From NCBI RefSeq assembly GCF_001194135.2, contig NC_068989.1, forward strand, positions 94,451,959 to 94,515,958: a DNA stretch of 64,000 bases, given 5' to 3'. Made by a program: the position numbers and the translations under genes. Within the stretch, counting starts at the first letter, position 1. The number at the start of each line of letters is the position of its first letter. Of the stretch, positions 11,911 to 23,655 are shown piece by piece. The stretch comes from Octopus bimaculoides (taxonomy: Eukaryota). A model generated the notes under the pieces. The model worked only from the letters and a program-made list of their open reading frames with translations. It ran no database searches and was not told the DNA's origin.

Positions 11911-12889
11911 TTTTAATCCTTTTGAATATAGTTATCAGAGGAATAGAGTCATGGTATACTTAGAACATGTAAAATAGCAAATCACAAGACTTCGCCTCCA
12001 TATTCGGCTGAACAAATTAACCACCCAAAAAACTGCTCGAGAAGAACGACGTGGAGTTGCGCAACAAAACGCGCCAACGCGTTACAGAAGGAATATAACG
12101 ATCTATCATTTAGAGTTTAGAGAGCTTGAACTGTTCATTTAATTCCGTACATTAAAATTACCAATCTAAAATCTCCAATAAAGACGTTATACATTTTAAA
12201 CCACACTTGTTGTTCATTATAATTAACATTGTTCGTTCAAAATAAAGAATAGAGTCTAAAATATAAGGACTTAGTTAAAAAAAAACCTTTCGTGAAATAA
12301 TAAGATATTAACATCCTCATTAAAACTATCATTATTGTAATTATTTTATTTAATATTGTTTTAGCTACTATTGTTATTTCCTTAATATTTGTCAGTAATA
12401 TTATTGAAAATATCGATTTATAGGTTATTGAAAATAATTAAGAGAACATATGGCACGTTGGATAGGTCTCAAAATGAAAATAGTAATTGTATTTCATGCT
12501 GGCAATTTATATACAAGGGTTAATGAGGTGAGTGTAGTAATGAAAAATCGATTGTTGAATGTTTCACTCAGTTATCTTTATTGTTGTTCTTAAAGATATC
12601 ACGTGACCTGGGTCAAATGACTCTTGCATCGAACAATTGAATCAACAAACTAACAAAATATTTTTCTCGGTATTTCACTTCTGTAAATGAACGTATAATA
12701 ATACAAAACAATACAGGGAAAGAATTACATTCTTTCAATTTATGGCACCATGGTAAAGGGATGGCTAAAAGTTTCAGGAATTCGTTTCGCATCCTCAGTG
12801 TCTCCGTGTATAATGATCACGCTGTGTGAAATCTTGAGCTTCACCGGAGAATTGTGAATAGACGTAATGGACGGAAACAGCAAAGACAA

Positions 12890-13148
<259 letters not shown>

Positions 13149-13434
13149 CAGAAATTGTTGTATAGAATGCTCAAGTGCTGTAGAACTAAGACAAAACAAG
13201 CCATCAGGTGTACTGTTGGCGGTTTTCAGGAGGCATGAACGTTTGAATTTCATAGTGTTGTTTTTGTAAACAAACATCATGTATATTTTACTGCGAACTT
13301 CAAAAATCGACGTTTTTACAGAAATGCCTTTTTACGGAATTGTGAAAAGCTACTTCTTATCAAAAAACCATTGCGGTTCATATTTGTTAAATATCAACAA
13401 TCTGTGAAGAAACTTTATATATGACTTGATACTA

Positions 13435-13631
13435 GGTGGAGGTGTGGCTGTGAGGTAAAAAGTTTGCTTCTCAACCACTTGGATCCGGGTTCAGTCCCAC
13501 TATGTGACACCTTGAGCATGTGTTTTCTAATATTTCCTTGGGCCGACCAATGAGCTGTGCATGGATTTGTTAGACAGAAACTAAAAGAAGCCCATCGTAT
13601 GTGTGTGTGTGTGTGTGTGTTTGTGTGCGTG

Positions 13632-13681
<50 letters not shown>

Positions 13682-13890
13682 TTTGTGTCTGTGTGTTTCA
13701 TCACCACCGCTTCATAACTGATGTTGAAGTTTAAGTTCCCATGAATTAGCGGTTTGTCAAAGGTGTCCAATAGAATAAGTACCAGGCTTAAAGATGTACT
13801 GCGTTCGATCTATTCGACTAAAATTTATTCGAGGTGGTGTCTCATCATGGCCACAGTTTAATATCTGCAACAACAGAAAGATAAAAGATG
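13435..13890 (+). mobile_element. CORE-type tRNA-derived SINE with internal microsatellite, near full length
   Basis: Head gtggctgtgaggtaaaaag...gggttcagtcccac, CORE-like caccttgagcatgtg, internal (TG)n, 3' part to atggccacagt...agataaaagat; colinear with 27384 and 56905 copies. Confidence 0.8.
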
Positions 13891-14589
13891 GAAAGATGCA
13901 ACTATAAAAAATATCTGTATAAGTATTGCACTAGGAGGCAGATAACTACATCATTAATCCCAATCTTATCTATCACAGAACTTTTCCACAATTAAACTTA
14001 CGAATGAGGTGATGTATGCTCCCAACCATAACACGTTATCGATATGCTTTGGGATCATGTGTTCAAATCCGTTAAAATGATTATATTTCATCTTTCTACT
14101 GTAAGGTAGTTTTCCTGAATAATTGCTCCTTGGAAAATTTTGCCAATTAAAAGAAAATTAATATAAAGAGGAACTATGAGAAATGAAATAAATATCAATA
14201 AAATCATTTTCCTGTCGTCTGTTATTCAAGAACTCGCCACTAGTTTGTAATATCTGAATAATTATACCGCTAAAATAGCAAAATATGGGCCACACACAAA
14301 TACAGCAAATTAAAGATGGAAATAATTACTATTTATATAATTAAGAATTACAATAATTAGATAATTAATAATAGTTGCCATAAATGATTACAATAATTGA
14401 TGCATAATTACAAATCATAAATAATGTTATAATACGTAAATAATGTATAATTAATAAACGTAGAAGTCTATTAAGTTTTATTAGTATTTATATATAATGC
14501 TCCCGCATAAGTCCGCTCTTCATGATTAAAAGATATTTTCCAGTGAAGAATTTGGTAAGGACTTCGTTTATTTTTTATCTTTGACTTGT

Positions 14590-14944
14590 TTCGGTAATTA
14601 GACAACTGCCATCCTGGGGCACCGCTTTGAAATATTTTAGTCGAACGAATGAATCTCACTACTTAATTATTTTAAAGCCTGGTACTGATTCTGTTGGTCA
14701 CTTATGACGAACAACTAGGTTACGAGGGTGTAAATACACCAACACCGGTTGTCAAGCGATGGTAGGGGGCAACGGCACACACACACACACACACACATAC
14801 ACACACACACAGACAAATAGATAGAGAGAGAGAGAGAGAGGGGGGAGACAGGCAGACAGACAGACAGGCAACAGACAGACAGGCAGCAGACAGACAGACA
14901 GGCAACAGACAGACTGGCAGCATACAGACAGTCAGCAGACAGAC

Positions 14945-14979
<35 letters not shown>

Positions 14980-15125
14980 CAGATACGACGGACATTCTTC
15001 AGTTAGTGTCTACCATAAATCACGACTCGGAGTTAAAGTAGACTTTGCAGAAGGTGCCGCACAGTGGGACTGATCGAGGAACCATGTGGAGAGGAATCCC
15101 ACTTCTGAACACACAGCTGCGCCTG
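14590..15125 (-). mobile_element. CORE-type SINE with internal microsatellite
   Basis: Reverse complement is colinear with 56905-57376 (ggggcaccgc, aagcctggtact, ggttgtcaagcgatggt, ggtgccgcacagtgggactga, cacacagc). Confidence 0.75.
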
Positions 15126-15348
15126 CGCCCTCCCCGACTGTGGAAGAATTCTTTAGATGTGCAACTGTTGGGAGGGATGTTAAGTTGTTCAAATAGAAAT
15201 ATGTATGTACGTAGGATAATGAAGAATATTTTATAGTGAAACCTAGATCAATCAGAAATTAAGTGTCCGGGCAAAGGAAACTCTACAAAGCCCAAGGACT
15301 GTAATTATTTTCAATAACCAGCATCCAACAGTCTGATTCCTTAATTAC

Positions 15349-15536
15349 TCGAATTTAGTCTCGATTGCTGTTGCCTTTGATGTGAAACTGCCGTCAGATA
15401 ATAATCGTAAAACGAACGTCTTGGGAAGCGATCTGAGCTCTGTCGACCACACGTCTGTAATAAGGGCAGTAATTAGGGATGTTAAAATACAGGATCCAAG
15501 CAGCAAATACATGTGTAACGCTATACGCATATTCAT
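15349..15536 (-). CDS. Candidate first coding exon of a secreted protein (unidentified)
   Basis: acaATG context; MNMRIALHMYLLLGSCILTSLITA signal-peptide-like N-terminus; donor GA|gtaatt at 15348; non-repetitive. An antisense frame is also open; no homology recognised. Confidence 0.3.
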
Positions 15537-16379
15537 TGTTGTTACCACTGTCCCAAATAAAAGTCTGCTATTATCACTGATTATATTTATTAACGTAAAA
15601 TTCTTCAAAGTTTGAGATGTGCATGAATTTAACGTTGTCTCAAGCTATGTATCTTCCTCATTAATTCTCTCGCTCTCTCTCTCTTTCCCTCTCCCCCCCC
15701 CAGTAGCACGCACACATACACACACACACGCGCACACACACATACACACTCCTTAACACATTCACTTTTGCGGACCTGCGTGGATCATTCACAAAGTGGT
15801 TGTAGCTATACAAGTGCATTGTAGTCAGAAGATACAAGATCGAAGGCAATTAGATTCGTTAGATATGTGATCAATTGTCTAACAATAACAAAATGATATT
15901 CGACCACTGCGTGTGACGTAACAATCCCAAAGTCCTTACATAGGTGTTACTGTTTGCAGCGTGCATCTCCTTCCACATAAATTTAGTTGTGAAAAACTTC
16001 TGTGATGAGGTTGGGATTCATGATGTAGTTATGATATCGTAATGAAGGCGTAATGACCCTCCCAAAACATAACAAAATGTATAGCTATATATCTATCTAT
16101 CTGTCTGTCTGTCTGTCTGTCTAGCAATCTATATTTATGTATGTATATTCCGTTTCTACAAGTCTTAACGCCAGTTTATCGAACACATTTGCGGTCTTCT
16201 GAATTTCACTGGACTCTCTTTCTCTTTCTTTCTGGGCTGTTCATTCAAGAGCCCTTTGAATGAACAGCACATGAAATCTACGTCTCCACACTTTCCATTT
16301 GCAATAACAAAATATGAACTCCTATCGGAATTTACATACCATGGACAAGAGGCATTTCTATCATTTCTACACACCACTT

Positions 16380-16630
16380 TCCTTGGATAATGGAACTGCA
16401 ACTATAACATACAACATATATTTTAATTTTTACTTTTATTCTTTTATTTCCCTTTATACTTCCTATTTCCATCCTTTTCCAAAATAACTCCTTATATTGA
16501 ACTCTACTATTTCCCCCCATTTAACCATCTCACATCGTTTCTGATGAAGAGATATCCCTAATATCCCACAAACAGCTGTAATACTAACTTTCTCTCTATA
16601 GATATCCTGAAAATTCCACACACCCTTGGC
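16380..16630 (+). mobile_element. Penelope-like pseudo-LTR relic (family A)
   Basis: catctcacatcgtttctgatgaagagatat...aaacagctgtaatac...ccttggctttgttgtctc matches 6990-7110; ends at (TA)n. Confidence 0.5.
16536..16585 (+). ncRNA. Type I hammerhead ribozyme-like motif, degenerate (CAAA for GAAA)
   Basis: Intact CTGATGA; stem II gagatat/atatccc; CAAA; CAGCTG; GUA; stem I mismatched. Confidence 0.4.
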
Positions 16631-17109
16631 TTTGTTGTCTCATATATATATATATAAATATATGTATATATATATATATATATATATNNNNNNNNNNNNN
16701 NNNNNNNNNNNNNNNNNNNNNNNNNNNNNNNNNNNNNNNNNNNNNNNNNNNNNNNNNNNNNNNNNNNNNNNNNNNNNNNNNNNNNNNNNNNNNNNNNNNN
16801 NNNNNNNNNNNNNNNNNNNNNNNNNNNNNNNNNNNNNNNNNNNNNNNNNNNNNNNNNNNNNNNNNNNNNNNNNNNNNNNNNNNNNNNNNNNNNNNNNNNN
16901 NNNNNNNNNNNNNNNNNNNNNNNNNNNNNNNNNNNNNNNNNNNNNNNNNNNNNNNNNNNNNNNNNNNNNNNNNNNNNNNNNNNNNNNNNNNNNNNNNNNN
17001 NNNNNNNNNNNNNNNNNNNNNNNNNNNNNNNNNNNNNNNNNNNNNNNNNNNNNNNNNNNNNNNNNNNNNNNNNNNNNNNNNNNNNNNNNNNNNNNNNNNN
17101 NNNNNNNNN

Positions 17110-17141
<32 letters not shown>

Positions 17142-18639
17142 TATACATATATATTTACGCTGGTGTTTGAGCGTAAGCGTACTTTTCATAATTATACATA
17201 TATAAATGCACGTGTCTGCGTATTCATGTATATATAGAGGATCTATTTGAAGTTGCATTAGCAAATTTATTGTTACAATCATCGTGAGAGAGATAGCTAA
17301 TTATTACGTGGAGAAAGACCTACTGGGAGAAATGCTAAAGTGAACGAATATTATCGGTGATCATCCCCTACCTCTATCAGTTAAACATGATAATTTCACT
17401 GCTACCTATTAATTGCATTTGCTATTTATAATCAGTAAGCACATAACAACAGCAATATACATAAAATTTGATACACTGAATCGCTGTGTTCTATTACAAA
17501 GATCAATGTGATTAGATCTAAAAGGCCGTATCGATCGACATTACTATTGTTTGATGAGGAGGTGTACTGATCCATCGTTGAATTAATCAAGGCTAGTTGA
17601 GAAGAAATGTATACAGGATCTTTTCCTATAATCTATAAACGTAGCAGAGTGCAATTTCATATACATTATATTACCTTTCGTTCAATATTTGTTTTTGCAC
17701 GAAAAGCAAACACTTCCGTTCATGCTTCTTCTGTGGCTGTTGTTGGGTCTGATACGAAAGTTCGTGTTACGTAACATCTATAATGCAGTTAGCAGTAATA
17801 CCCTTAATTGAACCTGCAAAATATTTCCTTTATAGTTTCTTTTTCTACAAATATAAATTCGCGGAATCGTAATAGAATTTTAAATATATTAATTATATTG
17901 TTTAAATTGTTACAAATTAAGGTGCTTATCAGCTTTTTGCGAATCATGCGTATATTACAATGTACACGCAACTGAGAGTTTAAGGATATTCATCGTTATC
18001 TTTGCAATGCATTAATGTCTTTGCATGTGTCATATATCGTAAACGGTTTATCAAATTATCTCATGAAGCCTTTAAGTACACGATACTATTCTATTCACAT
18101 CAACCCATTTTCTGTGTACATACGTGTATGAACATGCTATTATGGCTTTACGTATATTGACATTAGTAAATGCTAGCATTTCATCAGTTCGTGTAAACAT
18201 ATATTTACACAAAATGTCGCGCAAATAAACATATGCAGTCTATAAAGACATGTACATGCATATTATGAATTCAGATTCTATAGACACACGAGAAGAATAC
18301 ACAGGTGTATAAAAAAATCAACACAGGATAGGGATGCACAAAGAAATCTATGATGGATAGATGTACATTATACAATATATACACGATGTATATATGAACC
18401 CATGTACACCCGCGCGCTCACACATGCACATACACATACACATACATTTATAATTGCATTCATGCACATGTTGACAAACACTCGCCTACATATGCTCGCA
18501 CTCACGTACAGAGAGTTATATATCTGTGTGCGCGCGTGCGTAAATATAGCTAATATTTATATAGATGCAAACATATTATATATAAATATACGTATGTGTG
18601 CATATAAAAACGTATATACATACATATATACATACATAG

Positions 18640-18691
<52 letters not shown>

Positions 18692-18799
18692 ACACATATT
18701 TATACATATATATATATATATACATACACATATTTATATATATATATATTATATATTATATATGCAGTGCCTCTATTTTTCCATATTTCTATAGTGACA

Positions 18800-18985
18800 G
18801 TGCATGGGTTAGTAGGTAGAGAATAGAGTTCGCGGTCGTACGGTGGTGAGTTCGATTCCAGGCGACGCATTGTGTCCTTGAGCAAGGCACTTTATTTTAC
18901 GTTACTCCAGTTCACTCTTCTGGCAAAAATGAGAAGTCCTTGTATTGCAATGGATCAGCCTTGTCACGTGATGTGTTTGCAGGCA
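18800..18985 (+). mobile_element. tRNA-derived CORE-SINE, 3'-truncated
   Basis: B box gagttcgattcc; CORE domain tgtgtccttgagcaaggcacttt...ctccagttcactc...aaaaatgag; tail start cagccttgtcac. Confidence 0.75.
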
Positions 18986-19177
18986 TCTTACCCGTACTTT
19001 TAAACATTTTACATAGAACGAAACATTGGTCTATTTAACATCTGTTAGAAATGCATAAGACTTAACAAAACAACCAAAGAATTGCCGTCGCAGATGAACA
19101 CCTTTCATATAGCGTAATGGTAAAGAGCGCGGGCTGCTAATGCGAAGATTGCGAGTTCAATTCCAGGCAGTGCTTTG

Positions 19178-19214
<37 letters not shown>

Positions 19215-19216
<2 letters not shown>

Positions 19217-19470
19217 AGAAACAATTCCTATCATAGTAGGTGCCTTAGGTATAATAAAAAAATATTCAGACAAATACATAACAAAAACACCAGGACTTAC
19301 AAATATATATGACATACAGAAAATTGCACTACTGGGTACTGCACACATTCTACGCAAAACACTTTCAATACAGTAAACATAAGAGCACCACAGCAAACCA
19401 CAGCACATACCCAAGGCGCACAGAGCTGCGCTCGGTAGTGAAGTGAAAGCACGTTATAAAAATAAAACTA
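19215..19470 (+). mobile_element. 5'-truncated R4/Dong-clade non-LTR retrotransposon (RLE C-terminus + 3' UTR)
   Basis: Uninterrupted frame 19215-19376: IETIPIIVGALGIIKKYSDKYITKTPGLTNIYDIQKIALLGTAHILRKTLSIQ*, matching the PIxxGALG...QKxALLGTAxILR R4/Dong terminus; (AAT)n on both sides. Confidence 0.75.
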
Positions 19471-19550
19471 CTGAATAATAATAATAATAATATCAGTCAA
19501 AAAATATCTTAGAAATGAGAACCCAGGGTTGGGAGCAAAATTCGACCAGG

Positions 19551-19595
19551 ACACCTGATGAAGCCTGAAGAGTAAATCTGCCGAAACGTTGTGGT
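19551..19595 (+). ncRNA. Minimal type I hammerhead ribozyme-like motif in SINE tail
   Basis: cac-CTGATGA-a-gcctg...ctgcc-GAAA-CG-TT-gtg; palindromic ACGT stem III; stem II partly mismatched. Confidence 0.5.
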
Positions 19596-20149
19596 AACAA
19601 CAAAGAAGATGAGGACACATATCTGTCCAATCTAAATAATATAAATAATGTACATAATTCCTCATCTCCTAACTATAGAACAGTACTTATATTTCACCCT
19701 AGCTCAATCATATCTCCGATCGCTTGACATGTCTTTCCGTTTCACACATTGAATTGGCACAGAATTTTTATATATATATGTACCACCATGCTAGAAATAG
19801 CAGTCAAGGTTTGACTGGTATTTCTAGCATGGAGGTATCTCTTAGATACCCTAAATTATAATTTTTATAATAATTATTACCTCTGACGTTCTTATTCCCA
19901 TGCTGACCGCCTGATAATATCGTTATTTCTAAATAACGATCTTATCCATATCCATATATATATATCCATATATACATATCCATATATATATACCGATGTT
20001 CACCTCGTTGAAATTTTGAATTTCTGATTTTTTTAAAATTACACTTTTCTTTTTATAAGTTTTGCTGTGGTTTTCAGTTTCTGGAATTGTTCAGTTTGTA
20101 TATATTGGCAGATGCCTGCCTCCTTCATTTTCTTTTTTATCGTGCATTA

Positions 20150-20560
20150 AATTGTGTTCTTGCAATAAAAGGTATGTGTACATATTTGGGTAGTCAGGAA
20201 GAAAAGAAAGATAAAAATTTCACACTAAATTGTAGATATTGAAGTTTTAGATGTTCATTTGTATATCCGATCAGAGAAGACAGTAGTGTTCTTGCAATAA
20301 AAAGGATGTTTACATTTTCGAATACTCATTGAGAAAGGAAAGTAAAGTAAAAGAGGGCAAAATTTCCATAGGAAATTGTAGATATTAAAGTTTTAAAATT
20401 CATTAAAGATGATCTTTCGTACGTCCGAACAGAGAAAACTGTAGTGTTCTTAGGATAAAACGGATGTTTACATTTTCGAATACTCAGGGAGAAAGGAAAG
20501 GATATGTATTCACAAAAGTTTTAAATAGTGTTCTTTTTCTTTTGCGTCTGATCGTAAAAA
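20150..20560. repeat. Degenerate tandem repeat, ~130-160 bp units
   Basis: Unit starts (gtgttctt...) near 20154, 20286, 20444 and 20528, with recurring aaattgtagatatt..aagtttta and ttacattttcgaatactca blocks. Confidence 0.7.
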
Positions 20561-21013
20561 CTGTTGCCAGAGAGAGGAATAAAGTTTTTAGGAAAGAAAG
20601 AAGTACAACGCACACTCCTCAGTGAGATATCAAACCACAGAGATTGAACAACTACTTTCCTTGGAACGGAGATACGTGTATCGGAGTGACCAAAATCAAG
20701 CAGAAATTAATTAATTAAGTGAAATCCCCGCAAAAATAAATATATAAATCGTGAAGTGAAAAAGGAGAAAAGGACAAATACCAGATTTCTCTTCCGCTGG
20801 CCGTTTCTAGGACTTCCTTTTGTAACCTCCTGATATTTGTTGTATTTTTTTAACACGGCACGTCCATAATAAATGTTATTTCTACACAAATAGTACAATA
20901 ACTGACTTACGAATAACGTATATACATAAAAAAATACTTAGATACTTATTGTAATTTAATACTGCGTGATTTGTATATGCTGGATACATACATATATCAT
21001 ATATTCGCATATG

Positions 21014-21051
<38 letters not shown>

Positions 21052-21799
21052 TATATACATATATATATGGTTTCATTACGGCATGCACTGAATCTGTTTT
21101 ATTATGTAACCAGCAAGAAATATGTGATCGAGTACGAAGTAAAATATACGTAAAATATACCAACGTAAATAATAGGCTCTCTTCTAAATATAAGATCATC
21201 GTTTTGATGTAATTTGCTATAGATGAAAGAAATTATTTTGCTTTGTGCTTATGTGTTTCTTCGTGTATTCCTATTGTGTTTCGATTCATATGTAACTAAT
21301 GTGAACTATAATGTAGCTTATATCTCATTCAACATTAAAAAGCTAACACAATCTTTAGTAGTGCTACATCACGTATTTAATATCCGAGTTATTTATGAAC
21401 AAAGCGAATATTTGTAAAACAAAGAATACCATTTTTCTTTTTTACTTTACGTAGTAATCAATGATAATCATTTGAAACTGCCAGCCTTCAGTAGTTTCTA
21501 AGATACTTGAGTAAACACACAAGCAATGAATGAAACAAACACACGTGACTTAACAATGGCTTCTAAACTTTTGTGTTGGCTATCTTTGATCATAAAATCA
21601 TATAGAGGTGTCAGATATCGATGAGGCTCAAGTGTGTGGTCTAATGTGATTATATAACTAATATTCCGTTTAGAGGAAATTTTATCTAAAAGATATTGGT
21701 CTTTATAAGAATATTGTCTCCTAATGAAGTGCTGTATAACCGGTCATTTGTTGGATAGTTATAGCAAACAAATTATTAAAGCATTCCATGTATTTAGAT

Positions 21800-22129
21800 C
21801 AGAGGTTCTCAAACTCTTTGGGCCACCGGCTCCCTCATGGCCACATATTACTCTCAGCGCCGCCACCCCAGGTTTTATGTATAAATAAATATTATATATT
21901 GTACTAATTCATATATACTATGAATCATTTGATATCTAATATATTATATAATTTGTATGCAATACTATAATAATATTATGATAAATTCATAGCATTCCCC
22001 AATTCATTGCCTTCCTCCCAACGTTTCCTTTTTCTCTACCGCCCCCTTAGGCACCAGCGCCCACCTGGACCGTCTCAAAGCCAACTGGAGATGGGGGGGG
22101 GGGGCTAGCGCCCACTCTGAGAATTTATG
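21800..22129. mobile_element. hAT (Charlie-like) MITE, 330 bp
   Basis: 5' end CAGAGGTTCTCAAAC; decayed 3' TIR ctctgagaatttatg; exact 8-bp TSD atttagat at 21792-21799 and 22130-22137. Confidence 0.7.
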
Positions 22130-22963
22130 ATTTAGATTAAGAATAATAATACATTACAATTAAGCTCTGACAAGCACTAAAGATGCAAAATGGCATGTGA
22201 TATATATGTACATATTTAGAATACTCTGTAACCTTCAAACGATTGTTAAAGGAAATAAAATGTCTACTAAATGAATTTTGAGCTGCAGACAAAATGCTTA
22301 TGTGTGAAACATCAAATTATTTACGCGATGTCAGTAATGTAAATATTTCACAAGTATCTCATCTATACACCATATAACCTCTTACATAACCTCAGTCGAT
22401 CTTTCAGTATGGGACTCTCTAATTTCTTTATAAATTTCATCACCATGGCCGTAGAAATGTTAAAGAAGCGTATGTTAAATTCGACTTCCATTGATGTCAT
22501 GTGACAGACGCTCTCTGTCGTTGATTGGGAATTTGGAGAAGTAAATACAACATCACACAAAATCGCTACAACTGTACATAATTATTTGAGCATGAGTGAT
22601 TAATGTAAACTTGCTGTTGAGTTTTTAAGTATCAAATGTAGTTTCAACAAAAGTTGAGTGCTTCTTTTCAGAATAACTAGAGAAAGAAATATGGTGGAAA
22701 AGCGTAAATATGTTTGTTATGTGGTTGTGCATGTATAACTAAGTGTACCCGCCTATCTATACAGAGAGAGAGAGAAAGAGAAATAGAAGAATCTGTGTGC
22801 GTATGTGTGTTCGTGAGAGTGTGTGAGAGAGAGAGAGAGAGAGAGAGGGAGGAGAGATTCATGTGTGTGTGTGTGTATGCATGTTTTTATGTATGCCCAT
22901 GTGTATGTTTGCGTTTATGTATGAATATGTATATATATCCATCTATATATATATATATATGTG

Positions 22964-23008
<45 letters not shown>

Positions 23009-23429
23009 NNNNNNNNNNNNNNNNNNNNNNNNNNNNNNNNNNNNNNNNNNNNNNNNNNNNNNNNNNNNNNNNNNNNNNNNNNNNNNNNNNNNNNNNNNNN
23101 NNNNNNNNNNNNNNNNNNNNNNNNNNNNNNNNNNNNNNNNNNNNNNNNNNNNNNNNNNNNNNNNNNNNNNNNNNNNNNNNNNNNNNNNNNNNNNNNNNNN
23201 NNNNNNNNNNNNNNNNNNNNNNNNNNNNNNNNNNNNNNNNNNNNNNNNNNNNNNNNNNNNNNNNNNNNNNNNNNNNNNNNNNNNNNNNNNNNNNNNNNNN
23301 NNNNNNNNNNNNNNNNNNNNNNNNNNNNNNNNNNNNNNNNNNNNNNNNNNTGCTATTACAATTTGTTTCACTATATATATATATATATACATATGTATGT
23401 GTGTATGTATGTGTGTATGTATTTTTGTG

Positions 23430-23655
23430 TGTGCGTCATTATGTCTGTGTTTGTCCCCACCACCACCACAACTGTTTGAGAACTGGTGTTGATGGGTCTA
23501 AGACCCGTAACTTAGTATTTCGGCATTCTCATCGATAAAATTAGCACCAGGCTGTAAGCGAAATAAGTACTGGGATCGATTCATTTGAATAAACACTGTC
23601 TAAGCCGGAGCCCCAGCTTGGCCGCAGTATAGTAACTTGAACATATAAAAGATAA
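23430..23655 (+). mobile_element. CORE-type SINE with internal microsatellite, 3' half
   Basis: tgtctgtgtttgtcccc...ccgtaacttag...agcaccaggct...gtactgggatcgattcattt...ccccagcttggccgcagt; follows a gap. Confidence 0.65.

Larger units (their letters stand above)
19103..19680 (+). mobile_element. tRNA-headed SINE-like element: tRNA head + (AAT)n + hammerhead-containing tail, interrupted by an R4/Dong LINE fragment
   Basis: A box TAGCGTAATGG 19110-19120; B box GAGTTCAATTCC 19153-19164; (AAT)n at 19178-19216 and 19474-19490; CTGATGA...GAAACGTT at 19555-19590. Confidence 0.6.

Noticed and set aside
19103-19177. tRNA-Ser-like gene
   Set aside because: No closed acceptor stem or terminator; it runs into (AAT)n, so treated as a SINE head. 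The same applies to 52192-52266.
22363-22566. Minus-strand open frame with ag|...AG|gttatg ends
   Set aside because: Weak acceptor, no homology recognised, and phase incompatible with the 32.2 kb candidate; not distinguishable from chance.
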